A stretch of DNA of 64,000 nt from Kudoa neothunni (Eukaryota > Animalia > Cnidaria): contig OZ199840.1 in assembly GCA_964304625.1 (NCBI GenBank), forward strand, positions 2,782,430 to 2,846,429, written 5' to 3'. This document shows positions 12,468 through 27,640 of this stretch, piece after piece. Within the stretch, counting starts at the first letter, position 1, and every line of letters starts with the position of its first letter. The position numbers and the translations under genes were made by a program. The notes under the pieces are model-generated. The model saw only the letters and a list, made by a program, of their open reading frames with translations. It searched no databases and had not been told where the DNA came from.

Positions 12468-13200
12468 TTAATCCTTTGGACCCCGAATTTAATTCAGCGA
12501 CTGAAAAAATTTTGTTTGCTCATTCTGTTAAATTTTAAATAATTCTATATAAAATATCCAAAAATTGGAGAAGTCATTTTAAAAATTAAAGATACACAAA
12601 AGGTGCCAAATGGTAACATTGGGACGCGGCTTATTTCAATATGCGGGAGTGCGACTGTGCTTGTTTTTATGTTACTTTGTTTTTAACCAAGAAGTTACTC
12701 TTCCACCATCAGAAATGAAATATTAAATTATTCGTTATATTTTTGATAGTCCAAAAAGCAGTTTCTGTTTTTATTGAGGTACAAAGAAATATTACACTTA
12801 ATGCAAATATGTTCAAATAAGTGAAATATTCAAATATAATATCTTCAACTTATTCAGAAATATCAGCTGTTTCAATGCCATTGTTTATTTAATTTTTCGC
12901 GTTTATTGTCTAATTTAAGCGGTAGTCATCTTACTCCCCATCATTAGAACTGTATTCGGATACAATGCCATCATATTGACTACACAAAATGGAATCCGAT
13001 TCCAGTCCAACGTCTGATTTGTTCCCATCTGGTAACAATATGATTCTTTAAAAGTATGCTCTATTCTTTCTTCCCCACTGACCTATTCATTATCCATTCC
13101 AAAGAATATAAGCACATTTAAATCAAGGGTCGAACGTTGTCGTGTGACGACGTTCACTGTACCCGCTGGCCCAATATTGCCGTGTGGCAACATTGATTAA
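12468..13200 (-). mobile_element. Non-autonomous piggyBac-like element (copy at 53256-53998; deleted derivative at ~27320-27478)
   Basis: TTAA at both ends, AAAGGG-TTAA terminus in the 53998 copy, subterminal hairpins (TTGCC-GTGT-GGCAA), acidic LPDGNKSDVGLESDS remnant. Confidence 0.5.
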
Positions 13201-13489
13201 TCTGCCCCTATAGTATTCATACCAAAACATATTTTCATGTTAGATTAATATTTAGAATAAACTTATTTAATACTATACTTATATATTTTTTAATTTTACT
13301 GAAACCTCAAAATTCCAAGTTCAATTACAGGATACTTTTAGCCTTTTTTTATACTTGCCGTAGAGTTAGATATTCATCTGTATTTCCCTTGATATAAAAC
13401 ATAAAAAGTTTTGTAATTCATTTATATAAAATCAAATAAACATTAACTATATTATTATAATAAAGATAGATTTAAAAATGTAATTACAT

Positions 13490-14450
13490 GGTTAAAACAC
13501 TCACAAAAGTAAAATGTTTCCATTTGGCAACATAGGGGTTTAAAGGATTAAGGGATGGTTCATACGAAAGAAGAAACAAAAGTTTGTGGTCTTTTGAATC
13601 TAGTTTCCGTCGAATAAGGTCGGTTTTATTGAACCTTACACCGCTCGTAATTAATAGCTCACTTTGAATTATATAATCAGTAAAATCATTAAGAAGTTTC
13701 TCTATTAAAATCTCGAAAAATTGCTGTTTCACAATACCATTTGTCAGCTGAAACGTCTAAACTTTATCAGAGCAAACATAGGCAACCAATACGATGTTAT
13801 TAGAGCGAACACTTTTTACTTTCATGTTCAAGTGCGAACCTGAAACCGACCTTCCAAATAATGTTCGTCTCATATAAAGCGAGAAGCCAGACTCATCAAT
13901 GTAAATTACAGGAAAATGGAGTGGTTTAGATTCCAGTTATTTTGGAACTTAATTAATAAATATAACATATACCTTTAATTAATTAAAACAATTTTTGCGT
14001 TTCGATATGCAATCCTGAGAATTCCACGCAATTGGTACAATTGAAATATTGTTGAGGGCGTAATGGAACTGGCTCAAAGAGTTATCAATAATATGTCTAG
14101 AAACGCCGATATTATGTTCTTGTAGGTTTTTGGCGATTGAATCTAATGTGATTGTGCAATCTTCATTCACTAAGCTTTGGATATTGTGATTTGTGGACGG
14201 TTGTCAATCTTGATCTCCAGTCCCCAGCTCTTCTTAGAAATGCATTCTTCGTCGGCCGACTTCATCGTCATCCTCGAATTCTTTTAAAAAACCATGAGAT
14301 CGTTGATTTGAAGACTCCAACCGTTTTTTTTTTCGATTTAAACATGAGTGCAATTTTCCTTGATATCCTTCAAAATAGTTTAACTAACGCCATACACTTT
14401 CGGTAACCTATGATAGTTTGTTTCGTTGTGTCTTCTAAAAAAATATACTT
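13490..14450 (-). mobile_element. Degenerate Tc1/IS630-like transposase
   Basis: Broken frames give DCTITLDSIAKNLQEHNIGVS, VIYIDESGF and HKLLFLLSYEPSLNP (the FLPxYSPxLNP motif). Confidence 0.8.
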
Positions 14451-15312
14451 TCTTTTAGTGACATAAAGCTGTGATGAATTATGATCCGACATGGTTATTT
14501 GTAATAACGCGAACCAGTTTAATTTTGATCTGACGTTGTTGCATTTAGGTCTTGAAATATTGTATAGTCGTCAACCAATTTTTTACAACTTATTTAATGT
14601 CGCTTAATTTTAATTTTAAATGTTCCTGATATTTATATAAACAAGTATATTCAACTCAATGACATTTTTTCAAGAATTGGTTGTAAAGAATGCAAAACAT
14701 ACATCCAAATTCACGTGACTTGCCGATTTTTCACATTTTTTTCTCATTGTCTGGAGGGGATTGGGTGAATGGGTTATCTGCTATATTTAAGGAGCAATAT
14801 AGGATCATGCAAGTCACTAAAATCGCCACTCTATTTTTGAAGTCAAAGTGACGATTTAAAATATTGCTTTGATATTCGCGCTTAAAATTTAAAATTCATC
14901 ATCATCTGAATCATTGGAATCTCGATATCTTTCGTCATCCGATTCTGCCTCAATATTTTTAGTGTTGGGAGAATCCTGCCTGTCCATTAGCACAATCTGC
15001 CCGGAATTATTCGCACGCAGAAAGACAATCATCTCTGTTATTGTCGTTCCGTTTCCTTATGTCCAAAAACAATGTTAAAATCCATTCGAACTAACTATCG
15101 GAAGTTCTCAAACCCTATTGTCCATTATAATATCCACGTGAAGATTATTGTGTTTTTTGGTATATATAATCATTGCTTAATTAAATATCACATTAAATAT
15201 TTAATTTGTTTTGATACTTATTTTTTCAAATGTTAAAAAGATTAATTATAGTGTGAAATTAATAAAGAATAACTAACTATTTCATATTTCACATAGCTGT
15301 TAGTTAGATTTA

Positions 15313-17832
15313 TTAACCTTAAAAGTAAACTGGGGTCCCTTTGGACCCAAACGAGATTGCCACCTCGTTTTCTCAGTCGTTATATAATTACTAGAATTTA
15401 AACTCCTTCAATTCCCGTAAAACATGATTATCTGTAAAGGAATAGATTTATTGGAATTTTCATCCGTCATAGCAATTTTTATAACAAAAACACCTTCGGA
15501 GTATAATTGGGATCCATTTGGACCACATTTTTTTTGATATTTTAAAAGCATATTATTTATATTAATTTTCAGATGGAAATTGGCATTAAAAATATTTTAC
15601 ATACCAAAATCTAATAAACAATTTTATGTCGCGCATACGTGAGTGTGCAAGTTTCTGTTGTGAGAGTATGGATTTCTTCTTAGGAAATAGCGAGGAGAGT
15701 ATTGACACTAATGAATCTGAAACACAGGACCTAGTGGATTTGAAAGAGAGTGTCAGCAATGAGAAGAAAGAAAATCTTGTGCGTGATAAAAATAACGATT
15801 CGCTTGTAGACAAAAATAACTGTCTATGAAGTGTAATAAAATCAAAAAAACTAACGTGGCTGCAGAAAATAAAATGAATTTTCTTCGAGGTGTGACTGTG
15901 TACGCCACTCAAAAGATCTCTAGTATTGTATGATGTTTTCATCATTTCTTCCCAATAGAAATAGTGGAACAAACAATTAAGTATGCCAATCAATGTGGTA
16001 AGAATCATTATGGTAATAAATGGAGAGATGTTGAAGTCGATGAAATGCATGGTTTTATTGGCTGTTTATTGTACGTGGCAATCCATAAGGATAGACAAGA
16101 CGCTATTATTGACATGTTTAGTTGTGACGAAAGTAGGAAAATATACAAATATTTTTTTTCCTTGTACATATTCAGGCAATTAACAAGAGCATCCCACATT
16201 GATAATGCAGAATCTAGGAAGGAACGGCGGTAGCACGAACAATTTTGCCCAATTAGAGAAATATGGGACATTTGGGTCAACGTGGCGAAAAAATGTAATA
16301 ACCCCGGAGAGAATGTACGTCTTGATGAGCAATTGGCTTATTTTAGCCGATTATAAAAAATAAGCTAGCAAATTATGGCTTAAAATTTTTCCTATTGGTT
16401 GATCCAGCATCTTCATATGTGTTAAATATTGATGCTTACGTCGACAAAAAATGTCTTTTAGATATGATATCAAAATTTATGATGTGGGGAAAAATTTTGC
16501 ATTAAAATTAACTGAAAATTTGGTCAACTTAGGATGCAATTTGGTGTGTGATAATTATTTTACTTCTATTCCTTTGGCTGAAAAGTTACTTAAAAGAACA
16601 ATGACATTACTCGGTATCATCTGAATAAAAAAGCGAGATATTCCTCCATTTCTCCTCCCCGATAGAAAAACTCCTGTCAACGAATCGAAGTTTATTTTTA
16701 GAGACAAAAAATGTTAGTTTCGTTTTTGGAAAAAAACCAGTGTTACTTTTATCTATTTTGTACCCCAACACATCTATTTCTAGGGAATCCCCACATAAAC
16801 CTGAGGTCATCTTAGAGTATAACGCTGCCAGAGGAGGCGTCGATACAGTTGACCGCATGCTGGCCTCTGTCTCCGTCGGAAGATTTGCCAGACGATTGCC
16901 TTTGATTTTTTTTATAATATGGTCGGCATATCTCTGATAAATGCCTTTGTTGTTTAAAAAGAAATATTCAACGATCCTAGTATCAAACGGCGCAATTTCT
17001 TTAAAAAAGTAGCATATGAGCTATGCGAACCATTGAGATGCAAAAACAATCCAAATATCCAACTAGCCACGAAGGAAGTAACCCTAAGCATGAAATCTCC
17101 AAAAAAGAATATCATTGATCGTAACCCTAAAAATTGATGTGTTTTATGTAGTCGAGACAAAGATAAAAAAACATTTAAAATGCAAGCTCTGTGAGGTTCC
17201 ATGCTGCAAACAACATGCAATATATGTTTGTACCAATTTCTTACCGTATTTTTCTCAAATATAATGAATTACTTATTCTTTCTATTTGATACTGATTCAA
17301 GTTATTTGCCATTTTTTATTGTACTGTCATGGAAATAATATGATTGTCCAAATTTAAAATTATTTGCAAACCATTTAATTTATTGGTTACGTGATTTTTA
17401 AATTGTCCTATTTTCATTTTGATAATGAAAGAAAAATTATATTTATAGGGATTTACTAATTATATTCGTTTGCAATCCATAGTAGATTTGATAGCTTTTC
17501 GCGTAGAGCTTAATTGAAATTCGTGATTCTATCATTAAAATAAATTTCAGCCCATTTTATTTATTTTTAATAATAATTTAAACAGATATATTATGTGTTT
17601 ATGGAGTTATTAACGAATTCTAGTAACAGTCATTTTAAAATAATCAGTCGTAATATTTATGAAGGAACAATGCACGTAGACGCACGCGCCGGTGAAAACA
17701 AGACGTGAAATTATTAACGAAAAGAACACTTTTTAAAATTAAAATTTTACAGATTGATAAAAAACTATATTATTCAATGAAATGATAAAATAAAATCTAG
17801 GGTCAAAATGAACCCCAATTATACTCCGAGGG
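15313..17832 (+). mobile_element. Degenerate piggyBac element with disrupted transposase
   Basis: TTAA-CCTT left end; inverted repeats CCTTCGGAGTATAATTGGG (~15493) and CCCCAATTATACTCCGAGGG (~17813-17832); motifs EMHGFIGCLLY, VRLDEQL, VCDNYFTSIPLA, EYNAARGGVDTVD and a C-terminal CxxC; many stops and frameshifts. Confidence 0.92.
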
Positions 17833-17839
17833 GATCTGC

Positions 17840-18120
17840 CTAATTGTTACTTAGAAGGTTAACTTTATTGTTGGAATTGACTGGCAGTTTCAACAAGGTA
17901 AATGAGTTCATGTGTGAACAATCACTTTTGAGGATTTGTTCGTTATTAGAAAAAACCCTCTCGGGGCTCGAGTTGTCGGTATATCTCAAAAAAATAACTG
18001 TTACCAACTTTCTTAGATTTCGATATTTAGAATCTTCCAATAGTCTAAGGCGAGGGTGATAAGTTCGTGTTCGCTCTCAAGACTTCAAATTTTTTGAACG
18101 AACGAAATTGCCATCCTTCT
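17840..18120 (-). mobile_element. hAT transposase C-terminal (dimerisation) fragment
   Basis: KYRNLRKLVTVIFLRYTDNSSPERVFS matches the hAT YPxLxKLA...SSAxxERxFS motif. Confidence 0.65.
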
Positions 18121-20109
18121 TAGAAATAATCTCCACAATATGTAACCAAACTTTAGAATATTATATAATTAATAAATTGTTTTTTTATTTCAAATTTTTT
18201 GCTTTATTTTTGCTGCAATATTAACTTTCACACACGGCTTGAATAGGATGCCGAATAATAAATTTAACTTTTGATCGTACGTCCGGCGAGATTTCGCCAG
18301 ACAAGAGTTATCTGCGTTTTAAGCTATGGTAGGTCATTTGAATACTAAATAAAGAAATTGGAATTACTTTTCTACAACAGAAACTGCTAAAAATATACAT
18401 ACAGGGAAGGTTTGCATCCATCTTAACCTTGTTCCATGGAATGATTTTAATAGATATATAATTAATTTTCTGTCAATCTGTAAAAACTCTAATGTTAAAT
18501 TTATAACCATTTTACAAAATATAATCATAATTAAAGATTAATAATTTTTTTCACAACGGAGTAATTTACTAAAAACAAACACATTCAAAAAAAATATGTA
18601 AATTTTATTTGACATTTTTATATTTATTATACGCAGAAAAGTTAATTTAAAAATAAATTTTTGTTCAATATTTAAATTAAGGTAAAAAAGGAAACCCTCA
18701 TAAACGATAAGAAAAGTTTATATTAATGCCTACATTAGATGACGTGATGTTTAACATAAGATATGGTGGTGCAAATTTTGAGTTTAAATATAAACTGATA
18801 AATATTCATATCTGAAAGTCAGAAAGAATTATCTCAATCAATTTTGGATCAATTGTAATTTCAAATAAATCAACATGGTATTAGAATAGTAAATATAGTT
18901 TTGTATTGTCTAATTTTAGGGAATTTTAGAATGAGCGGCTTTTAACTCATTCAAAAATTGGAATTTACTCTTAAAATGTATCATTTTATTATCAAGTGAA
19001 AATTTAAGTTCTTTAGCTTATAAAGTTAGCAATACATGAATTCTCAAATTTGAGAATTAATTAATTTAGGAAATATCTTTAATAACTATAAAATTAGTTT
19101 AAGCTGCAAATGATGGTAAACTTTAAAAAAATAGTTTAAGTTAATGATTATAATATTTTTCAAATAAATAACCTAATTTACCAATGAATCAAATCTTGTT
19201 TTTTGATTTCTGTTTTAGGTCGGAAATAATTATATTAACTTTTAGGAAAGATCAATTAATTTACTTTGAAAAACATTTTGTTTTATTGGCTAAATATTAT
19301 ATTTAGCTCGAATTTTTTATATGAAGTCCAAAAATCTCTTGTTAAAATATCCGAATGATGGAATATTTTAAGTTATTTTCTTGTATTAGATTTCACGAGT
19401 ATTTTTGTGTAATCTCACTTATATAATTTTAAGTGAAATATCCAAAATTAAAATTTAAAGGATTGATTTTGTATTACATTTTGTAAGGTTAAGAAGAGTT
19501 TAATAAAGACACATTATTGTACGATGCTGATTTATGAATTTCGGTTATTTAACGTTACGTAAATAACTTCATTTTTAACCAAAAAATCGTTTTTCTATTT
19601 TTTATGTTGAAAAGTTATTGTTATTATGTTAATTTATAAAATTTCTTAATAGGAATTATCTTCGTATTATCACCAATATCTATTTGAGTGTGGTAGAGAT
19701 AATAAAGATTGATTTCTAATATGTATAAAAAATGTAATAATACAAATATCTGATCTATTTTGTAATGAAATTCAATAGAAAATTGATATAGATAAAAATG
19801 GCTTCAAATTCTAAAGAATCCATCATACGTCATCAGGTAAACCTTGGATTTCATGGTAATCTTAATAAAATGAAATCCACTCTTATGATTTTCATATTTT
19901 GTATCTCGTATTATTAAAATTTCTAAATTAATAATTAGGTTGTATTTTAATAATAAAAAAATATAAACTAATCAGAAAATTAAAATCAATGAAGAATTGG
20001 ATTAATAAATCAATTGTCTTTTAGATAGGCTATTTACCCGATACGAGTATCGACTTATTATAGTATTCATTTATTCAGTATTATTGGTTGTTTCGTTTTA
20101 CCTTTCATT

Positions 20110-23100
20110 ATGGTTAAGTATAAATTTTTGAATTGCCTCTTATGTATATAGTGTTTTATTACCGATAATGAGTCTTTATTAGTCATTCAAATCGCATTTC
20201 TTTGTACGATGGAAAATGCAACGGCGCCCTCTTCTCCATCAATGTCTACTCCATTAGCTACGCTGAATTATCAAATTGAATATGATAGTTCTACTACCTC
20301 CAATTTAGTTAAGCATACACTTGGTGGAACACATTATGCTACAGGAAAATGTCGTATATTGAAGTCAAACGAAGCAGCAAACATGGGTGGTTCGACAACA
20401 GCAGCGGCGTATCAAGAAATATCAAGCTGCCCTGGATATATTACCGATAGTAGTAACACAAACTGTGTAATTTCTTGTGACAGTCAGAATAACAAAGTTC
20501 CATATAATAAACTTTCACCACGGACAAAATATATATACGTATATGATAATAATGATTTCGACACTGCTAAAGCAGATTATCCTAAAGGTGGAAAAGTGTT
20601 TGGTTTGGCCACACGTAATCCAAGTATCTTTAAAGCAATAAATTATATCATAAAATTTAGCATTATTGGTCAATCCTCAAGTAACAATCTCTACCAATGC
20701 TGATAGATTGAAACTCCTAACAAAAACTTGCTCCCCAGTTGCGTGCCCAATCCATTATAAAGACGCACAATTCAAGGGGGGTATTGCGGGGCAAACATGC
20801 GATACAGGAAGCACAGAGAATGATGTTGAATTTGACCTATTGATTCCTCATTATGAGATGAGATGTGTGAATTATCCAAGTTTCTTTTATTATATGCCAA
20901 ATGCATACATGAAGAAAAATATGGCTATTTATGAACCTCAGTATTACGTAACAAAAAAGGAGGGAGCTGCTAATCAAGTTATTCTTAAATTCACAGATTT
21001 AATGTTATCGTCAGAGATATGCGTTTTCAGTATTAAGGACGGTAAAACTGGTGCAGCTAACTCCGCGTATGAATCGAAATGTGGAAATACTGCGGGAAAG
21101 TGTTACGCACCTTGTAAAAATGTTGAGCTTACTGTAACAGCAGAAAAAGAAATATATAATGTTCTAATTCAAACCAGGAATCACGATCTTTCAAAAACAT
21201 CTGCTGATTTTGATGGATTTTCCCAAAATAAATTTCGTAATTTATTTTAGTCAATAATTATAATTATTTTATTATAAATCTTATAGCGATATATGAGACT
21301 GGTGATGGTTTGTTGTCTGCTTATACCAAAAATGGTGTATCTTTTGATGGTACATTATTAAACCCCTCTGCAAGTACAGGTACCAAGTTTTCTACGTGCA
21401 CGTTAAAGCATTACCCTGCTGACAAAGTCAAACACACGCCTTCAACTACTTCATGTAACGCGGCCACTAAAAAGAATAGTAGTAGTAGCAGTAGTAGTAG
21501 TAGTAGCAGCAGCAGTAGCAGTAGCAGCAGTAGCAGTAGCAGCAGTAGCAGTAGCAGCAGTAGCAGTAGTAGCAGTGGCAGCAGTAGCAGTAGTAGTAGT
21601 AGTAGTGAGGGTGGTGAATGCAAAACTGGTTGCGAAAAATTAGTAATTGAAGGACTATCTCCAGGGAAACCATATATTATCGAAATTGAACCTAATGGAA
21701 TCGCAGATCCAGCTTCTTTCAAAGAACAAATACTTATAAGGACAAGTAATAACTAAAAATTTAATATTAACTTAACTAATAATATTTACAAGATAATGAG
21801 GTGAATAAAAATTTTCAAGCAACCGCCCCTACTAAAACAGAATCAACAACTACACTAACAGCTATTGGAGGCGAAGCAGAGACAAATAAAAATAATGAGC
21901 CAAACTGTGAATACTATTTAAGTCCAACTGGGAAAAACACATTTTACACCGCTAAATGTACTGAAACCAATCCCTGCAGAGGGAGATGTAGAGAATCAAT
22001 AACTATTGTTGATCTTGAACCAAACACTTCTTACGACGTTAGGGTCATTGCTGATAAGGAGTACAAAGAACACATATATACAAATGTTTTAACTAGTATA
22101 TATATATATATATATATATATTAATTTATTCAACTCAATCTAGATCTGGCAACCTTGAGAATAACTCAAAAATACACTGAACAAGGATTGGAATTGAATG
22201 CACAATTGTCCAAAAAAGTCCCAGAAGCCATTTGCCATTATACAATCCAAATAAAAACAGATGAAAGGTTTGAAGATGTTTACGTCTGCGAAGCATCACA
22301 GACACCAGCAGCTGCGCCAGAAACTCAAAATACTCCACCAAGCTCACCAGTCGACTCCAATTCTAATCCCGAGCAAGAACAAACTGGTACTAGTCAAATT
22401 CAAAGTCTAAAATCAGAAGTTAATGGATTAAAAATTGCAAGAGCTGAATCTAATACCCCTACTGAAACTGATACAAATGTTGCCCCAGCTACAACAGTCG
22501 ATACAACTGCGAGCCCGGCCAATACAAATACATGCTCCTCATTTCCATTGTGCAGTTCTATTAAATTCAACGACTATGATGCAAATGAAGAGTATAAAGT
22601 GTCTATTACTGCAGTGGGAAAATCAGAGCGAAATGAAATTACTTTAGTAGCTAGTAAAAATATTTTCAATATTATTATTATATTTAAAATAAATAGCTGC
22701 TCCAAAGGGGAATCCAACAGAAAACGACAAAATAATATATGTGACCATAACAAGGGATGGTGAATCATTTGTTATAGAAAACACCCTACCATCTAGTCTC
22801 AATGAAAAATCCAAATGTAAGTGGGAATTACGTAACGCGAGTACCAAATCGATAGCAATTATTAAAAAATGCATGAGACGAAATGACAATGGATGTAGAA
22901 CGTACCCTTCATGCAAATCATTCACTATCAGTGGATTAGCAGATGGCAACAATTATCACTTGACTGTGTACAGTTCCACCGATAAAACAGTTTATGGGAC
23001 GGCTACGATTGAGCAAGGTAAAGCATTATTACTTCGAAAATAATTTAAATTGTAACTTTTTAGGAGCCAAAAGCAGTTCAAGGTTTATTAATTAATATTT

Positions 23101-23265
23101 TTAACATAAATAAATTTTACATTTAGTTCTAAAACCATGGTCATGTATTAATTTATTGTGTTTTTACAATTTAACTGGTATTGTTTTAGAATAATTGCAG
23201 TAGCCGCTATTGGAGCTATGATCATGGGTGCTATTGGTTTCGTGGTTTTCAAGAAGAAAAAATAA
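20110..23265 (+). CDS. Variant surface protein family copy 2 (intact; poly-Ser expansion in exon 4)
   Basis: Same 10-exon structure and splice phases as copy 1; no frameshift seen. Confidence 0.88.
21478..21606 (+). repeat. Coding (AGT/AGC)n microsatellite, 42 Ser + 1 Gly
   Basis: 43 consecutive codons, all AGY except one GGC. Confidence 0.95.
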
Positions 23266-25049
23266 ACGCCCTTATTTACGAATTATTACCCTAAAATCCA
23301 ACTATAGAAATTTATATTATTTTTCTAATGGTGTGATATTTATGAATTGTCGATAATTCAAATTTATCCATACTAGATAAAATAAAAATATTTTATCTTA
23401 GATGTGTTCCAACGTTATTATAAAACTTGATAGGGATGATATGACTCGGATAAAAATGTGGGATTGTTAATAAACTTTTAAAATTTTTTTATAATTATTA
23501 GAAATTGCTAAAACATAATGAAATATGATATACGCATAATATTTATTTTGTTAAACGAATAAATTATATTAAATTGAATATATTTATCGAATAATAGTTG
23601 TAAACGTTGATTAATCTCCTAAATATTTAGATGTTGTATTCGGTTACTTTTTTAAACTATACACTACATAACGATACTGAAATTGATGTCAAATATTAAT
23701 ATTATAAAAATTAGATAACGAGATATGATGAATATTCTGATGTTTTAAAAAAAATGAGCTCGACTGCTTGTGTATTGGTATCTAGGATTTCCAAAATTTT
23801 GCAGTAAACGCAAACTCACTGACTTAGGAACCATCATAGTGATTTTAGTATTTATTCCAGTTTTTAATGAAATTTTTGGCTATTTAAAACCTTAAGTTAG
23901 ATGGAAAATATTAATAAATAAATCAAAAAATTAATTAATTATAGGGTTACTTAATCCCAAAATTAATTTAAAAAAATATCTCAACATAATCGTTTGCAGC
24001 TATAAATCTCACACTTAAGTTTTTTAAGTATATTGACTTATTGAATTCTGCAAGAACGCTTCAAAGTGTTCTGATCGTTCCTGAGTCAAGATTCGATCTT
24101 TGTATTTTGATTCAGTTTATAACTACATTCTACATTTCATTTGGCGATTTTTGTTGTAGTTAAACTATAAACGTAAATTATAAATAGTTATTCCAACCAA
24201 ATTAAACGAAAGTGACAATATGACATGTTGCATAATTAATGCAGAATGGTTATAAGAAGACGAATTTTAAACTTATTCAAGATATCAAAAACAACATTAA
24301 TAGAAAATTAAGGTACTTTAAAAATAATGAAAACATTGAGTAAACCACTACAGCGCAGAAATATTTTAGTCAACTTACGAAACCCTCTGTACGTAGTGTA
24401 GATATAATATTTTGATATAACATAGCAAAAGACAATGACAGAGTCTTATATTGAATATGGTAAACACACGATTGATTTCTACATCGTAGAACATATTACA
24501 GTAAGGTATCGGTATAGGGAGGGTTTTTAAAAATGAATAGTAATTTATCACGCAATACTGAGGGGATCGAGTATGCGCGTTATTATATTTTTTCATGGAA
24601 AAGAGTCAATTTTTTATCTTTTTTCCAGGCCGTATAATTTTATATAAAGTGTTCAATTAGGATTGGTGTGAAATAATTAGGATAGATTTTCAAATTGAAT
24701 GGTTATCCAATAGTATTTATGACCGCTTTTACGTCACATTTCGTAATTATTTGACTTTCTCGATGAAAATCAGCGTCAACGTTGCATTTTGTTGATCTTG
24801 CGACATTTATATAAGGTTAACTGTACATTTCTTCATGTATAACTTTGACTTACGTCAATTCCACGATCTCATTCGCGTTGGTATGTAGCAATAGAATAAA
24901 ATTGAACCGACTGCATTACATACCATAAATTATTGTTTTTTCTGTATGACTAATATTTACATTAAATTCGTCATAGTTTATGTTTAAAAATGTCTTCCTA
25001 AATTAATCGCGCGATTTGATATATCGGATATTTCTCGAAACAATTTCAA

Positions 25050-25700
25050 TAGTTAGCTCGTCACCATTTCCCACGTTGCCTTTAAAGTGCGAAGACGCTT
25101 AAAGACAGTATATTTAAAAATTTTCGTAGAATCATTAAATAGAAACTGATTAACGAATGATTTCCTACACTTTGACTTCAAATCATGTGTGGTTTGAAAA
25201 TCTATTGATTTGGTGCCACTAGTATTCTTAGGAAGAAAGCACATTTCGATATAATTAAATTGATCAAGAATGAGATGTGTTTTTCCTTTTTATTCATTAA
25301 ACTGCCTATCTATGTTTTTAACAATTTCAAAGAACAAAGCTGCGGACGTCCAGCTATTTTTTTGAAAAAGATAATTTACTGGGAGATTAGTGACACCGTA
25401 TAAAACGGGGTGACTCTCTTTTTCGAGAATTTCATTCCCTTCAAATCGATTTTATTTTATAGTGTTATATGTTCATTTGCACAACTGTTCGTAGTTGAAA
25501 GCAATCTTGTCAAAATTAATAATTTATACATTTTTTCGTCCCCGAAAATCTACAGAAACCTTTTAGATCCATTCAAATACATTATCCATATCGGCATTCA
25601 CAACCCCACCATACAATATAATGTTCTTCGAACAGTAATGAAACTTGAAATTTAGAAGCAAATCATTATTGAAGAAAATGATTAATCAATAGATTTCAGC
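25050..25700 (-). mobile_element. Degenerate pogo/Tigger (DDE_1) transposase
   Basis: SRKRVT, PVNYLFQKNSW, HLILDQF, FLPKNTS...LKSKCRK in broken frames. Confidence 0.65.
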
Positions 25701-27640
25701 GTTATATTATACAGATGCATTAAAAAATAACCGATAATTATCCAATGATTAAAAAATTTTTCGCCCCAAAATATAATAAAAATTTGAATAAAAACCAAAA
25801 TTTTTTAGACGATTTAAAAATATATCGCCCCATTATACCATTAGGAACTTAGATGCTTTTGAATTCAATAAAAATAAACGTCATATTTCCTCAATACAAT
25901 CAATGTTATTCTATAACAATCTAAATAGAAAACCTAAATTGAAGTCCTGCATCTTCTCAGTTAATCCGTATAAATAAATCATAACATCATAAGAGAAGTG
26001 ATTTCCGCGAATGCAAAGAAAACCAGACTCAACAATAAAGGGTGCCAAATTCATAACATTTTCTTCTATTTAAAGATTCTAAAATTAAGTATCAACGTTT
26101 GTTCAAATAATTTTTAAATTTATTTTACTTGAGTTATACCACGTAAACAGGAAAATGAGCCGGCCATGACAACATTAAATTCTTAGATAATATTAAATTC
26201 TTAAATTTAAAATAGAGAATTAATGATTCCAGAATTAAATAGATAAAATGAAAGCAGTATTAGAATGCATTCAGAAAAAATCCGTTATATCATTATATTA
26301 CTCATAAAGGATGTGTATGATAAGTAAAATCGTCAAAGACCGTATAAAATAATGTTCAAAAAGTAGATTCTTTCAATATTTAGTTATATACGAAACAAAT
26401 ATACATCTGTTATCGACATTATATAAATTTTCGGGTATAATCATCAAATAAAACGAAATATCCCCATAAAATAAACGCTACAATAAACTACAAGCCATTA
26501 TGATAGAAAATAAGTTTTCATTTTATTTGTACAAATATATCGGGAATTAAACGTAAAGCAATCACAAATGTCCTTCCAATATGGCGGATAATTCCAAAAA
26601 TCAACAAATAAGATTAAAAAAACGAAGCAAACCCCCAAGTTTCCCCTTTTTAAAAGAAAGGTGCATTTTATATTCCCGAAAATTAACATATAATTTTAAG
26701 GCAGCGGCTATTGGCACGATAAAATTTAATCCTAATCCATGTGTACGCATACGGATTTTTTAATCTCAACAACCATTTAAAAGCGGTTCATAGATTTAAT
26801 ATTTTAAAATAAGTTATATTTAATTATAGTCAAGACGAGTGTCAACTGAATATTATTTAACATCCCAATAGCCCCTTCATAATTAATTTCAACTAATTCT
26901 TTACAACTAAATCACAACTTTAACTCAATTACAAATTTTACAAGAATTTTAACCTTCAACTTTATCAAGAAAGGAAGTAAAACTTCATTTTTTTATTTGA
27001 ACATTTTAACTTTGTGAGTGTTTTAATCATATAATTACATTTTTAAATACATCTATATTATAATAATATAAATAATGTTTATTTGATTTTATAAAAATGA
27101 ATTATGAAAATTTGTTTGTTTTATATCATGAACAATATAGATGAATATCTAATTCTACGGCAAATATAAAAAAGACTAAAAGTATCCTGCAATTAAATTT
27201 AGAATTTTGAGCTTTCAGTAAAACTAAAAAACATACACATACACATACATTAATAAGTTTATTCTAAAAATGAATCTAAGAATAAAATATAATTTGATTC
27301 GTATACTATAAGGGACAGATTAATCCTTGTTGCCATTTGACACCATGTGTGTATCTTTCAAATTTTTGAAATAACTGCTCTAATTTTAGGATATTTTATA
27401 TAAAATTATTTAAAATTAAACATAATGAGCGAAAAATATTTTTTGGTCACTGAATTAAATTCGTAGTTCAAGGGGTTACTTATAAAAGTATGGAATTAGT
27501 TCCAAAAGAAAGCGCACATTTCAATATATAACAAAAACTAGTTGTGACAATTAAAGAACAGAGATATATAATACCACCAAGTGCCATTTGATTTGTTTAT
27601 AAAGCAAAATTTTAGCTAATATCATTTGACCGCATCTCAA

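Larger units (their letters stand above)
10472..14900. repeat. Segmental duplication: 3' flank of copy 1, inverted copy at ~51575-56050
   Basis: Colinear reverse-complement similarity over about 4.4 kb (e.g. ACACGTATAGGCTGACTTTGTAG, GCGCCCGCTAAAATATGGG), including the same MITE and TE remnants. Confidence 0.9.
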
